Shown here piece by piece: positions 9,621 to 19,144 of a stretch of DNA of 64,000 nucleotides. The notes below the pieces were generated by a model. The model had not been told where the DNA came from. It worked only from the letters and a program-made list of their open reading frames with translations, and did no database searches. The stretch spans positions 3,586 to 67,585 of the forward strand of contig CANGBT010000002.1 of the NCBI GenBank assembly GCA_947452135.1, written 5' to 3'. Position numbers and translations under genes: made by a program. The stretch comes from Burkholderiales bacterium (GTDB taxonomy: Bacteria; Pseudomonadota; Gammaproteobacteria; Burkholderiales; Burkholderiaceae_C). Each line of letters begins with the position of its first letter. Position 1 is the first letter of the stretch.

Positions 9621-10088
9621 ATGACGCCAGCACTCAACAAGACCCTCCCGGAATTTGAAGCGCTCGCCACCGGAGGGGTGAAGTTCACCCCGCAGGCCTA
9701 TGCCAACCAGACCGTGGTTTTGTACTTCTACCCGAAGGACAACACCCCTGGGTGCACCACCGAAGCGATGCAGTTTCGTGACCACCACGACGAATTCCTG
9801 AAGGCCGGCGCCGTGGTTTTCGGCGTGTCGCGCGACAACATGGCCTCGCACGAGAAGTTCAAGCAAAACTTGGAACTTCCCTTCGAGCTGATCGCCGACA
9901 CCGAGGAAAAGCTCTGCCACATGTTTGGTGTGGTCAAGAACAAGATCATGTATGGCAAGAAGGTCAAGGGCATCGAGCGCAGCACCTTCTTGATTGACGG
10001 CACCGGCGTGCTGCGCGGTGAGTGGCGTGGACTCAAGGTCGCTGGCCACGTCGAGGAAGTGCTGGCTGCGGCCAAGGCGCTCAAGTAA
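9621..10088 (+). CDS. bcp: thiol peroxidase / peroxiredoxin Bcp
   Basis: 155 aa (VVLYFYPKDNTPGCTTEA peroxidatic-Cys motif). Confidence 0.9.
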   Translation: MTPALNKTLPEFEALATGGVKFTPQAYANQTVVLYFYPKDNTPGCTTEAMQFRDHHDEFLKAGAVVFGVSRDNMASHEKFKQNLELPFELIADTEEKLCHMFGVVKNKIMYGKKVKGIERSTFLIDGTGVLRGEWRGLKVAGHVEEVLAAAKALK

Positions 10089-10131
10089 GAGCCCCCGATC
10101 CAGGTGGCCTTGGCCGCCTCAAGCCAAGCGA

Positions 10132-10156
10132 AGCCGGCCTCGACGCCGGCTTTTTT
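10132..10156 (+). terminator. intrinsic terminator after bcp
   Basis: AGCCGGC-ctcgac-GCCGGCT followed by TTTTTT, 44 nt after the bcp stop. Confidence 0.7.
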
Positions 10157-10262
10157 GCGTCTGGTCACGGTCTGATTGGGGCCCTTGAGCGCCGTCAGAC
10201 TGACACCATGCCGTGTGCATAATGGTTCATGCCCGAGCTCCATGACGCGCACGTCGATCCCG

Positions 10263-10294
10263 AAAGCCGCACCCGGTTCTGTGCGGCTTTTTTG
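10263..10294 (+). terminator. second terminator-like hairpin, inside the leader of the PhoH-like gene
   Basis: AAGCCGCAC-ccggttct-GTGCGGCTT followed by TTTTGTTTT. It ends 32 nt before ATG 10326. Confidence 0.5.
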
Positions 10295-10325
10295 TTTTCC
10301 AGCCCCTTCACTGTTGCAACGACCC

Positions 10326-11981
10326 ATGCCACTTCCCAAGCCGCCTGCCAAACGTGCCGCCCAGTTGTCCGTGGTCGACTTCGAGTCGCAACCCGCGCCC
10401 AAACCCGGCAAGCGATCAGCGCGTCCCGGCGCCACGCCTGAGCCGGTTGCCGTTGCTGCGCTGAAGCCCCCCGCTCAGACCCGGGCGCAGGTGCCTGCAG
10501 CGGCGGCCCCTGCAGCACCCCGGCCGGCGGACGTGGAGCGGCCCGAGCCGAAGGCACGAACCGCCAAGCCGCGCGGCACCGGTCCGGCCAAGCTCTTCGT
10601 GCTCGACACCAACGTGCTGATGCACGACCCGATGAGCCTGTTCCGTTTTGACGAGCACGACGTGTACCTGCCGATGATCACGCTCGAGGAGCTCGACGAC
10701 CACAAGAAGGGCATGACCGAGGTGGCTCGCAATGCGCGTCAGGTCAGCCGCGACCTGGACGCACTGGCCGCGCAAATGAACTCACGCGACGCCAATGGCA
10801 TGAGCGAAGGCCTGCTGCTGTCGCAAACCGGGCACCGTGAGGCGACCGGAAAGCTGTTTTTCCAGACCAATCTGGTGAACGTGACGCTTCCGACCGGCCT
10901 GCCGCAGGGCAAGGCCGACAACCAGATCCTGGGCGTGGTGCAGGCGCTGCGCGACCAGCAACCCGACCGGCCGGTGGTGCTGGTGTCGAAAGACATCAAC
11001 ATGCGCATCAAGGCGCGCGCGCTGGGGCTGCCGGCCGAGGACTACTTCAACGACAAGACGCTCGACGACGGTGACCTGCTCTACACGGGCGTGCTGCAGT
11101 TGCCGGCCGATTTCTGGGATCGCCATGGCAAGACCATGGAGAGCTGGAACCAGGGCGGCTTCACCTACTACCGCATCAGCGGGCCGATGGTGCCCACGCT
11201 GATGATCAACCAGTTTGTTTACCTCGAGGCCCCTGGCGCTGCGCCGCTGCACGCCAAGGTGACCGAGATCACCGGCAAGACCGCCGTGCTGCGCACGCTG
11301 CGCGAATACACCCACGCCAAGAACGCGGTATGGGGCGTGACTGCGCGCAACCGTGAGCAGAACTTCGCCCTCAACTTGCTCATGGACCCGGACTGCGACT
11401 TCATCACGCTGACCGGTACTGCGGGCACCGGCAAGACGCTCATGACGCTGGCTGCCGGCTTGAGCCAGGTGATGGATGACCGCCGCTACACCGAGATCAT
11501 CGTCACCCGCGTGACCGTACCGGTGGGCGAAGACATCGGCTTCTTGCCGGGCACAGAAGAAGAAAAGATGAGCCCGTGGATGGGCGCGCTCGACGACAAC
11601 CTCGAGGTGCTGTCCAAGACCGACGGCGGCGCCGGCGAATGGGGGCGCGCGGCCACCAACGACCTGGTGCGCAGCAAGATCAAGATCAAGAGCCTGAACT
11701 TCATGCGCGGGCGCACCTTCCTCAACAAGTTCGTGCTGATCGATGAGGCTCAAAACCTCACGCCCAAGCAGATGAAAACGCTGATCACCCGGGCCGGCCC
11801 GGGCACCAAGATCGTCTGCCTGGGCAACCTCGCGCAAATCGACACGCCTTATCTGACCGAAGGCAGCTCGGGCCTGACCTATGCGGTCGATCGGTTCAAG
11901 GGCTGGCCGCACAGCGGGCACGTCATGCTCGCCCGCGGCGAACGCTCGCGGCTGGCCGACTTCGCCAGCGAGGTGCTTTGA
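10326..11981 (+). CDS. PhoH-family ATPase with N-terminal PIN domain (YlaK-like)
   Basis: ORF 10176..11981, start trimmed to ATG 10326. PIN segment KLFVLDTNVLMHDP...PMITLEELD, Walker A LTGTAGTGKT and Walker B FVLIDEAQN. Confidence 0.85.
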   Translation: MPLPKPPAKRAAQLSVVDFESQPAPKPGKRSARPGATPEPVAVAALKPPAQTRAQVPAAAAPAAPRPADVERPEPKARTAKPRGTGPAKLFVLDTNVLMHDPMSLFRFDEHDVYLPMITLEELDDHKKGMTEVARNARQVSRDLDALAAQMNSRDANGMSEGLLLSQTGHREATGKLFFQTNLVNVTLPTGLPQGKADNQILGVVQALRDQQPDRPVVLVSKDINMRIKARALGLPAEDYFNDKTLDDGDLLYTGVLQLPADFWDRHGKTMESWNQGGFTYYRISGPMVPTLMINQFVYLEAPGAAPLHAKVTEITGKTAVLRTLREYTHAKNAVWGVTARNREQNFALNLLMDPDCDFITLTGTAGTGKTLMTLAAGLSQVMDDRRYTEIIVTRVTVPVGEDIGFLPGTEEEKMSPWMGALDDNLEVLSKTDGGAGEWGRAATNDLVRSKIKIKSLNFMRGRTFLNKFVLIDEAQNLTPKQMKTLITRAGPGTKIVCLGNLAQIDTPYLTEGSSGLTYAVDRFKGWPHSGHVMLARGERSRLADFASEVL

Positions 11982-11994
11982 CCACCGCTGTGCT

Positions 11995-12879
11995 TCAAAG
12001 ATCAGCCGAAGCCGCTCGCCAGTAGCTCGCAAAACGCGGCACGCCCGCCGGGGTGTGGCCGCGGTGGGTGTAGGCGATCCAGCTGCCCACGGCGGGCGGA
12101 TCGCGGCGCTCGGCGTCGGTGAAGCCGCTGCCGATTCGAAATTCAATGCCCGACGCATTGCGCACCCGCAGCGCGCCCATCACACCGGCGAGCCGGCCGT
12201 GACCAGCCTCAAAGGCGAGCACCTGCGCCTCGGCGTCTTGCAACGGCTTGAGCTTGAGCACCGCCGTGCTGCGCCCGGCCGCCCACGGCGCATCGGCGCG
12301 GTGCAGCACCAGCCCTTCCCCGCCGCCGCGCACCACCGAATCGAGCCGGGATCGCAGGGCTGCGCGGTTGGTCAGCGTCGTCTGTTCAACGGCCTTGAGG
12401 GTGCCTGATGCGGCGACTCGCACCAGCGATTCGATGCGCTGAGCGCGCTGCGCGAAGCTGCCCTGCGCGCCCGGTAAGTCGAACACCATCAACCGCAGCG
12501 CGCGCCACTCGACGTCATCAGGCGCCGTTCGCCGCACGCAGGCCGACGTCACGTCGAAGCGCCCTCGCCCACCCCACAACTCGCCATCCAGCGCGTCATC
12601 GGGCCAGCCCTCGGTGAACCAGTCCGGCGCCGCAATCGACCGGCCGCTGCGAAAGCGCAGGCCCTGTCCGTCCCAGACGGCGCGCACGCCATCGAATTTT
12701 TCGCTCACCAGGTGGCCGTCGGGATCGACGTCCGGTGGTGCGATCGAAAGCAATTCGATCGACGGCGCACCGAGATCTGCGCAGGGAGTGCGCGAAGCAG
12801 CCCAGGGAGCCGCCGACCACAGGCCGGCAGCCGCCACAAGCGCGCGGCGACGGGAGACAAAGACATCGAACTCAGTCAT
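11995..12879 (-). CDS. minimal ATP-dependent DNA ligase, Lig E type, with N-terminal export signal
   Basis: ORF 11995..12939, start trimmed to MTEFDV. Adenylation motif I is SEKFDGVRAV (KxDG). Other segments are LDGELW, LMVFD, EGLVLH and LKLK. Leader is VSRRRALVAAAGLWSAAPWAAS. Confidence 0.8.
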   Translation of the reverse strand: MTEFDVFVSRRRALVAAAGLWSAAPWAASRTPCADLGAPSIELLSIAPPDVDPDGHLVSEKFDGVRAVWDGQGLRFRSGRSIAAPDWFTEGWPDDALDGELWGGRGRFDVTSACVRRTAPDDVEWRALRLMVFDLPGAQGSFAQRAQRIESLVRVAASGTLKAVEQTTLTNRAALRSRLDSVVRGGGEGLVLHRADAPWAAGRSTAVLKLKPLQDAEAQVLAFEAGHGRLAGVMGALRVRNASGIEFRIGSGFTDAERRDPPAVGSWIAYTHRGHTPAGVPRFASYWRAASADL

Positions 12880-12985
12880 GGCAGCAACCCACATCGTTGA
12901 GGAACTGCCAGTCTGTTCAAACCCTGCGCGTTCGACCATCCCCCTGAGGGAGTCGCCCGTTTGGGTGGAATAGCCGCCCGCCTGA

Positions 12986-14881
12986 TCAGCCCGCCACGGC
13001 GTCCTTGATCTGCCGCAGCGCTTCCGGATCGTCGAGGGTTGTCAGGTCACCGGGGTCGCGCTGCTCGCACAGCGCCTGGATCGTGCGCCGCAGCAGCTTG
13101 CCCGAGCGTGTCTTGGGCAGAAGGCTGACAAAAAACACGCGCGCCGGTCTGGCGACCGCACCGAGCAGTGTGTCGACGACCTTCATCAGTTCTGCCTCGA
13201 GCAGACGAGCCTCGTGCGCATCGGCCGGCCTGGCGTGGTCCTTGAGCACTGCAAAGGCCATCGCCACCTGACCCTTCAGGGCGTCGGCCACGCCAACCAC
13301 CGCCACCTCGACCACGCCCGGATGACTCGACAAGCTCTCCTCGATCTCGCGCGTGCCAAGACGGTGCCCGGCGACGTTGATCACATCGTCGGTGCGCCCA
13401 TGGATGAAGTAGTAGCCGTCCTCGTCGCGCAGCCCCCAGTCGAAGGTGTTGTAGACCCACCGGTCAGCGTCGCGGGTCCAGTAGGTCTTGATGAAACGCG
13501 CGTCATCACGCCACACCGTCTGCATGCAGCCCGGAGGCAGCGGGCCGTCGATGGCCACCACACCCCTCTGGTTGGGCGTGGTGAGCTCCCGACCGCTCAC
13601 CTCGTCAACGATGCGCACGTTGTAGCCGTACACGGCAAAGCCCGGGCTGCCCGGCCTCGAACGGGGCCCCTCGACACCGGCGCTGAGTGCGAGGATGGGC
13701 CAACCGGTCTCCGTTTGCCAGTAGTTGTCGACGACGGGCTTGCCCAGAGCTTGCGAGATCCAGTTCGAGGTCGGCACGTCGACCGGCTCGCCGGCCAGGA
13801 ACAGCGAGCGCAGCGACCGCAGGTCGTGCTGGGTCAGGTACTTCGGGTCGGACTTCTTGAGCACCCGGATCGCGGTGGGCGAGGTGAACATCACCGAGAC
13901 CTGGTACTTCTCGACCAGGCTCCACCAGATGCCAGCGTCAGGCCGCATGGGCAGCCCCTCGTAGACGATGGTGGCCATGCCGGCAATCAGTGGTCCGTAG
14001 ACGATGTAGCTGTGCCCGAGCACCCAGCCGATGTCGCTGCCGCTGAAGAACGTCTCGCCGGCCTGGCCGCCAAAGATGTGCTTCATGCTCGCCGCCAGTG
14101 CCACCGCGTAGCCGCCGGTGTCGCGCTGCACGCCCTTGGGCTTGCCGGTGGTGCCGCTGGTGTAGAGCGTGTAGCTCGGGTGCGTGGAATCAACCCAGAC
14201 GCAAGGCACCACCGTGTCGAGGTGCGCCTGGCGCAGGGCGGCGTAGTCCTCGTCGCGCCCGGGCACGCGCTCCATGGGGCACAGGCCCCGGTCGACCAGC
14301 AGCACCTTGCGAGGCTGGTGCGGCGAAAGCCGCAAGGCTTCATCGAGCAGCGGCTTGTAGGCGATCACCTTGCCCGAGCGACTGCCGGCATCGGCGCTGA
14401 CGATCACCGTCGGCTGCGCATCGTCGATGCGGCTGGCCAGGCTGGCGCTGGCAAAGCCGCCAAACACCACGCAATGGATCGCACCGATGCGCGCGCAAGC
14501 CAGCATCGCAAACACCGCCTGCGGCACCATCGGCATGTAGATCAGCACGCGGTCTCCCTGCGCCACGCCCAGCGACAGCAGGACGGCGGCCATGCGCTGA
14601 ACCTCGGCGTGCAGTTCGCCAAAGCTGTAGCTGATCTCCTGATCGGTCTCGGTCGACACCCAGATGAGCGCGCGCTGATCGGCGTGCCCGGCCAGATGGC
14701 GGTCGACCGCGTTGTGGCACAGGTTGGTCTGTCCGCCCACGAACCAGCGCGCAAAAGGCGGGTTGCTGTAGTCGCACACCTGCTCGAAGGGCCGGTGCCA
14801 CTCGATCAAGGCCGATTGCTCGGCCCAGAACCCGTCACGGTCGGCGAGCGATCGCTGGTGCAGCGTCTGGAGTTGGGTCAA
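12986..14881 (-). CDS. prpE: propionate-CoA ligase / short-chain acyl-CoA synthetase (AMP-forming)
   Basis: 631 aa (FWAEQS..., YTSGTTGKPKGV AMP-binding motif, PKTRSGKLLRR). TTG start has a GGAG 7 nt upstream. Confidence 0.8.
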   Translation of the reverse strand: MTQLQTLHQRSLADRDGFWAEQSALIEWHRPFEQVCDYSNPPFARWFVGGQTNLCHNAVDRHLAGHADQRALIWVSTETDQEISYSFGELHAEVQRMAAVLLSLGVAQGDRVLIYMPMVPQAVFAMLACARIGAIHCVVFGGFASASLASRIDDAQPTVIVSADAGSRSGKVIAYKPLLDEALRLSPHQPRKVLLVDRGLCPMERVPGRDEDYAALRQAHLDTVVPCVWVDSTHPSYTLYTSGTTGKPKGVQRDTGGYAVALAASMKHIFGGQAGETFFSGSDIGWVLGHSYIVYGPLIAGMATIVYEGLPMRPDAGIWWSLVEKYQVSVMFTSPTAIRVLKKSDPKYLTQHDLRSLRSLFLAGEPVDVPTSNWISQALGKPVVDNYWQTETGWPILALSAGVEGPRSRPGSPGFAVYGYNVRIVDEVSGRELTTPNQRGVVAIDGPLPPGCMQTVWRDDARFIKTYWTRDADRWVYNTFDWGLRDEDGYYFIHGRTDDVINVAGHRLGTREIEESLSSHPGVVEVAVVGVADALKGQVAMAFAVLKDHARPADAHEARLLEAELMKVVDTLLGAVARPARVFFVSLLPKTRSGKLLRRTIQALCEQRDPGDLTTLDDPEALRQIKDAVAG

Positions 14882-14920
14882 AGCGGGCTCCTTCAGTGAA
14901 CGGGCAAGCAGTTGCCGGGC

Positions 14921-15487
14921 TCAGCGTGCCTGATAGCTGAACTTCTGGCCGCCGATGGACGCCTCGTACATCAGCCCGCCCTTGACCACCGTGAACGTGG
15001 CCATGCCCTTGACGTAGCGGCCGACCGTCTTCGCGTCGTTTTCATTGCCACTCAGGCCGGCCGAATTGCCGGCGGTGTTGGCCTTGGCGCCTGCAGCCGC
15101 CGTGATGGCGACGGCTGAGGCCTCGGCGCCGAACTCGAAGTTGCCGCTGGTGAACTCATCCAGCGCTCGCTTGTCCTCGAAGAAAATGATCTGGCTGTAG
15201 CTCTGGCCACCGAGTTGCAGCCCGATGGTCACCTGGGTCATCGAGGCATCGCCGATGTGCTTGCCCTGCTGGTACACGCGTCCGCTGCCATAGGCGCCCC
15301 CGATGCCGAAACCTCCCTTGCCCACCGTGGGGAACACCGCATAGCCGTAGGCGCTCTTGAAAAAGCGCCCGCTCTCGCCGGCGGCCTTGAACACGTTGAT
15401 GGTGTCCTGATGCGGGTCGGCCCAGGCCGGCGAACCCAGCGCAACCAACACGAAAACGGCGATGAAAGACAGCAGACGCTTGATCAT
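14921..15487 (-). CDS. secreted SYLF (DUF500/Ysc84-like) lipid-binding domain protein
   Basis: 188 aa from ATG 15485-15487. Signal peptide MIKRLLSFIAVFVLVALGSPAWA. Domain segments GYAVFPTVGKGGFGIGGAYGSGRV...GLQLGGQSYSQIIFF. Confidence 0.75.
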   Translation of the reverse strand: MIKRLLSFIAVFVLVALGSPAWADPHQDTINVFKAAGESGRFFKSAYGYAVFPTVGKGGFGIGGAYGSGRVYQQGKHIGDASMTQVTIGLQLGGQSYSQIIFFEDKRALDEFTSGNFEFGAEASAVAITAAAGAKANTAGNSAGLSGNENDAKTVGRYVKGMATFTVVKGGLMYEASIGGQKFSYQAR

Positions 15488-15560
15488 GGAAGGCTCCCTT
15501 TTTCTGAAATTACCTGCGGTGCGCGATGGGTCCGGCGCTCGGGCACTCGACACGAAAAAG

Positions 15561-16541
15561 TCAACCGATCGACACCACGAGGCGGCCACGCACCCGACCA
15601 TCCATCAAATCCCGGGCGCGCTCGATGCAATCGTCGAGCGTGATGTCCTCGACCATGTCTTCGAGCGCATTGCGATCGACCTCCTCGGCCAAACGGCTCC
15701 ACGCCTCGACACGCAACGGCATCGGTGCTGTCGCACTGTCGATGCCGGCAAGCGTCACGCCGCGAAGGATGAAAGGCATGACGGTGGTCACGAGATCGGA
15801 GCCTTGCGCCAGCCCGCACGCCGCCACCACGCCACCTTGGCGCATCTGGGCAAGCGCGTTGGCCAGCGTGTGGCTGCCCACGGCATCGACCACGGCCGAC
15901 CATCGCTCCTTCTGAAACGGTTTGCCCGGCGCTGACAACTCGGCGCGGTCGATCACCGAGGCTGCGCCCAGACGCGTCAGGTAGTCGGCCTCGGCGAGTT
16001 TTCCAGTGGCGGCGACCACGTGGTGCCCCAGCCCCGCCAGCAGCATCGTGGCCACGCTGCCGACACCGCCGGTGGCGCCGGTCACCAGCACTTCACCGTC
16101 GCCAGGGCGCAGGCCGTGGCGCTCGAGCGCCATCACGCAAAGCATCGCGGTGTAGCCGGCCGTGCCCAGCGCCATCGCCTGCCGGGTGGTCAGCGTGCGC
16201 GGCAGCTTGACCAGCCACGAACCCTTCAGTCGGGCCCGTTCGGCCAGGCAACCCCAGCGCGTTTCGCCCAGACCCCAGCCGTTGTGGATGAAGCTGTCGC
16301 CGGGCTGCCACTGCGGATGGGTGCTCTCCAGCACGGTGCCCGCGCCATCAATGCCGGCCACCATCGGCCAGGCACGCACCACCGGTCCGCGCCCGGTGAT
16401 TCCCAATCCGTCCTTGTAGTTGAGCGTGGAATGCGCCACGCTGGCCAGCACATCGCCCTCGGGCAGTTGGGTCTCGTCAACGGGCTTCACCGCTGCGGAA
16501 AAGCCGGACTCGTTTTTCTCGAGCAATAGCGCCTTGAACAT
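15561..16541 (-). CDS. acuI: acrylyl-CoA reductase AcuI/YhdH (MDR-family NADPH oxidoreductase)
   Basis: 326 aa from ATG 16539-16541 (MFKALLLEKNESGF...STLNYKDGL...VLVTGATGGVGS). Confidence 0.8.
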   Translation of the reverse strand: MFKALLLEKNESGFSAAVKPVDETQLPEGDVLASVAHSTLNYKDGLGITGRGPVVRAWPMVAGIDGAGTVLESTHPQWQPGDSFIHNGWGLGETRWGCLAERARLKGSWLVKLPRTLTTRQAMALGTAGYTAMLCVMALERHGLRPGDGEVLVTGATGGVGSVATMLLAGLGHHVVAATGKLAEADYLTRLGAASVIDRAELSAPGKPFQKERWSAVVDAVGSHTLANALAQMRQGGVVAACGLAQGSDLVTTVMPFILRGVTLAGIDSATAPMPLRVEAWSRLAEEVDRNALEDMVEDITLDDCIERARDLMDGRVRGRLVVSIG

Positions 16542-16681
16542 GGGAACTCCGTGGTTGAGGCCCGGGCGAAGTCGCCGTGCAGGCCTGAGCCGACGATATT
16601 CGCACCCCAGGATTTCGATACGCTGACAAACCATCCCGGTGCGATTGACTCGATGCGAGGGCGTCGCCTATCCTGCGCCGC

Positions 16682-17332
16682 ATGCCAAAACATCGAGCGC
16701 CGCGCACCTGGATCGGGAGGTCGGGTGCGTGTGGTGTTCAGTGGCTGCTGCCCCTGAGTGTGGTTTTCGCGGTTCTACTTTGGCCGTCACCGGTCGTGGC
16801 CGCACCCGATGACCAGCTCGATGCGGTGTCGCGATTGCTGCTCGAACGCGGGCTGATCCCGACGGATGCAGCGCAAGGCCCGCCCACTCTGGCGCAAAAG
16901 GTGCGTGACGGCGCGTCCGACATGGTCATCACGGCGATGAACTTTCTGGGCGTGCCTTACCGGTTGGGCGGCTCGGGCGACAGCGGTGGGTTCGATTGCA
17001 GCGGGTTCACACGCCACATCTTCGAGATGAGTCTGGGGTTGGTGCTGCCCCGGCGCGCTGATGATCAAGCCAAGGCGGAAGGCCTGGTTGAAGTCCGACG
17101 CGATGAGCTGCGCCCCGGCGACCTGGTGTTTTTCAATACGCTGCGGCGCACGTTTTCGCACGTGGGCATCTACATCGGCGACGGCAAGTTCATCCACTCG
17201 CCGCACTCCGGGGCCTCGGTTCGTGTCGATGACATGCGATTTGCCTACTGGAACCAGCGTTTCACGGGCGCTCGCCGCGCGGGCGCCTCGCCCGACCCCG
17301 CGCCTGTGTCAAACCCCACCACGGGACGCTGA
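16682..17332 (+). CDS. NlpC/P60 (C40) peptidoglycan endopeptidase
   Basis: GVPYRLGGSGDSGGFDCSGFTRHIF...FSHVGIYIGDGKFIHSP (Cys-His catalytic pair context). The exact start is uncertain. Confidence 0.8.
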   Translation: MPKHRAPRTWIGRSGACGVQWLLPLSVVFAVLLWPSPVVAAPDDQLDAVSRLLLERGLIPTDAAQGPPTLAQKVRDGASDMVITAMNFLGVPYRLGGSGDSGGFDCSGFTRHIFEMSLGLVLPRRADDQAKAEGLVEVRRDELRPGDLVFFNTLRRTFSHVGIYIGDGKFIHSPHSGASVRVDDMRFAYWNQRFTGARRAGASPDPAPVSNPTTGR

Positions 17333-17416
17333 CGTCGACTTGCTGGTGGTCGGGTTGCACCCGCCACTTCGGGGCCACGCGGCAATGGCGGACAACCCAG
17401 ACCGCACAATGGCCCG

Positions 17417-18469
17417 ATGGACTGCGATGCCGCCCCGGACCGACTGACCGATAGCCTCGGCCGGGCTTTGCGCGACCTGCGCATCTCGGTCACCGATCGC
17501 TGTAATTTCCGCTGCAGCTACTGCATGCCCAAAGAGGTGTTCGACCACCGCCATGCGTTTCTCGCTCACAAGGAACTGCTGAGCTTCGAGGAGATCACGC
17601 GACTGGCGCGCGTGTTCGTGGCCCAAGGCGTGTGCAAGATCCGGCTCACAGGCGGTGAGCCGCTGCTGCGCAAGGACCTCGAGCATCTCGTGCGCATGCT
17701 GAGCGCTTTGCGCACGCCCGACTGCCGGGCGGTCGACCTCACGCTCACGACCAACGGATCGGTGCTGGCCAAAAAAGCGCAGGCCTTGCGCGATGCCGGG
17801 CTGAGCCGCATCGCGGTGAGCGTCGATGCGATCGACGACACGGTCTTCAGGCGCATGAACGACGTCGACTTCCCGGTGGCCGATGTGCTCGAAGGCATTG
17901 CCGCAGCCCAACGCGCCGGCTTTGCGCCAATCAAGATCAACATGGTGGTCAAGCGCGGCACCAACGACCACCAGATCCTGCCGATGGTGGAGCACTTTCG
18001 CGGCTCGGGTGTGATCTTGCGTTTCATCGAGTTCATGGATGTGGGCTCGACCAACGGCTGGCGCATGGACGAGGTGCTGCCCTCGGCTGACCTGATCGCG
18101 CTCATCAACGCGCGATACCCGCTCGAAGCGCTGGAACCCGCCGCAATCGGCGAAACCGCGCAGCGCTGGCGCTACCGCGATGGCGCCGGCGAGATCGGCG
18201 TGATCAGCAGCGTGACCCGGGCGTTTTGCCGCGACTGCACCCGCTTGCGGTTGTCGACCGAGGGCAAGGTCTACCTGTGCCTGTTCGCCCACCAGGGCCA
18301 CGACCTGCGCACCCTGTTGCGCAGCGGTTGTGACGATGGGCACATCGCCAGCACGATCGCCCAGATCTGGAGCCATCGCAGCGATCGCTATTCCGAACTG
18401 CGCAGCAGCGGCCAGGCGAGCCGGGACTCGGGTGTGCGACGCATCGAGATGCACTACATCGGTGGCTGA
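17417..18469 (+). CDS. moaA: GTP 3',8-cyclase MoaA (radical SAM)
   Basis: 350 aa ([18 protein letters not shown] CxxxCxxC motif, [10 protein letters not shown]). Confidence 0.9.
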   Translation: MDCDAAPDRLTDSLGRALRDLRISVTDRCNFRCSYCMPKEVFDHRHAFLAHKELLSFEEITRLARVFVAQGVCKIRLTGGEPLLRKDLEHLVRMLSALRTPDCRAVDLTLTTNGSVLAKKAQALRDAGLSRIAVSVDAIDDTVFRRMNDVDFPVADVLEGIAAAQRAGFAPIKINMVVKRGTNDHQILPMVEHFRGSGVILRFIEFMDVGSTNGWRMDEVLPSADLIALINARYPLEALEPAAIGETAQRWRYRDGAGEIGVISSVTRAFCRDCTRLRLSTEGKVYLCLFAHQGHDLRTLLRSGCDDGHIASTIAQIWSHRSDRYSELRSSGQASRDSGVRRIEMHYIGG

Positions 18470-18526
18470 GATGAGTCCGTTGCCGATGACCACCCGGGCG
18501 TTGGCTGCGTCCGGCCCGAGCCAGCC

Positions 18527-19144
18527 ATGATCGATCGCGCCGACATCACGGGATGGGTGCTGGCCGGCGGCCGGGGCAGCCGCATGGGCGGCATCGACAA
18601 GGGCCTGCAACTGCACGCGGGCGTGCCGCTCGCACTGCATGCGATGCGCCGGCTCGTGCCGCAGGTGGGCTGCGTCGCGATCAACGCCAATCGCCATGCG
18701 GATGACTATGCGTCCTTCGGGGTGCCTGTGCACCCGGACTCACTTGCCGACCACCCCGGCCCGCTGGGTGGCTTCCTCGCCGGGCTTGAACACTGCGCCA
18801 CGCCGTACCTGATGACCGTGCCGTGTGACACGCCGAACTTTCCACTCGATCTGGTGTCGCGGCTCGCCGCGGAACTGATCGCCCGGGATGTGCCCCTGGC
18901 CATGGCGGCCACCCGAAGCGCCACCGGCATGCAGCCGCAGCCGGTGTTTTGCCTGATGTCCCGCGACCTGCGGCAAAGCCTGCTTGACTTCACCGCCTCA
19001 GGCCAGCGCAAGCCGCAGCGGTGGGCCGAGTTGAACGGCTGCGCCTGGGTCGTGTTCGATGACGAGTCGGCCTTTGCCAACGCCAACACCCACGAGGAAC
19101 TGCAAGCCTTGCAGCCCGTGTCTGACCCCAAGCCGTCACCATGA
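18527..19144 (+). CDS. mobA: molybdenum cofactor guanylyltransferase MobA
   Basis: 205 aa ([19 protein letters not shown]...VPCDTPNFP). Confidence 0.9.
   Translation: MIDRADITGWVLAGGRGSRMGGIDKGLQLHAGVPLALHAMRRLVPQVGCVAINANRHADDYASFGVPVHPDSLADHPGPLGGFLAGLEHCATPYLMTVPCDTPNFPLDLVSRLAAELIARDVPLAMAATRSATGMQPQPVFCLMSRDLRQSLLDFTASGQRKPQRWAELNGCAWVVFDDESAFANANTHEELQALQPVSDPKPSP

Noticed and set aside
17333-17416. Possible Moco riboswitch upstream of moaA.
   Set aside because: The gap is only 84 nt, shorter than the motif. I could not find the conserved Moco-motif core sequences. An Infernal scan would be the definitive check.
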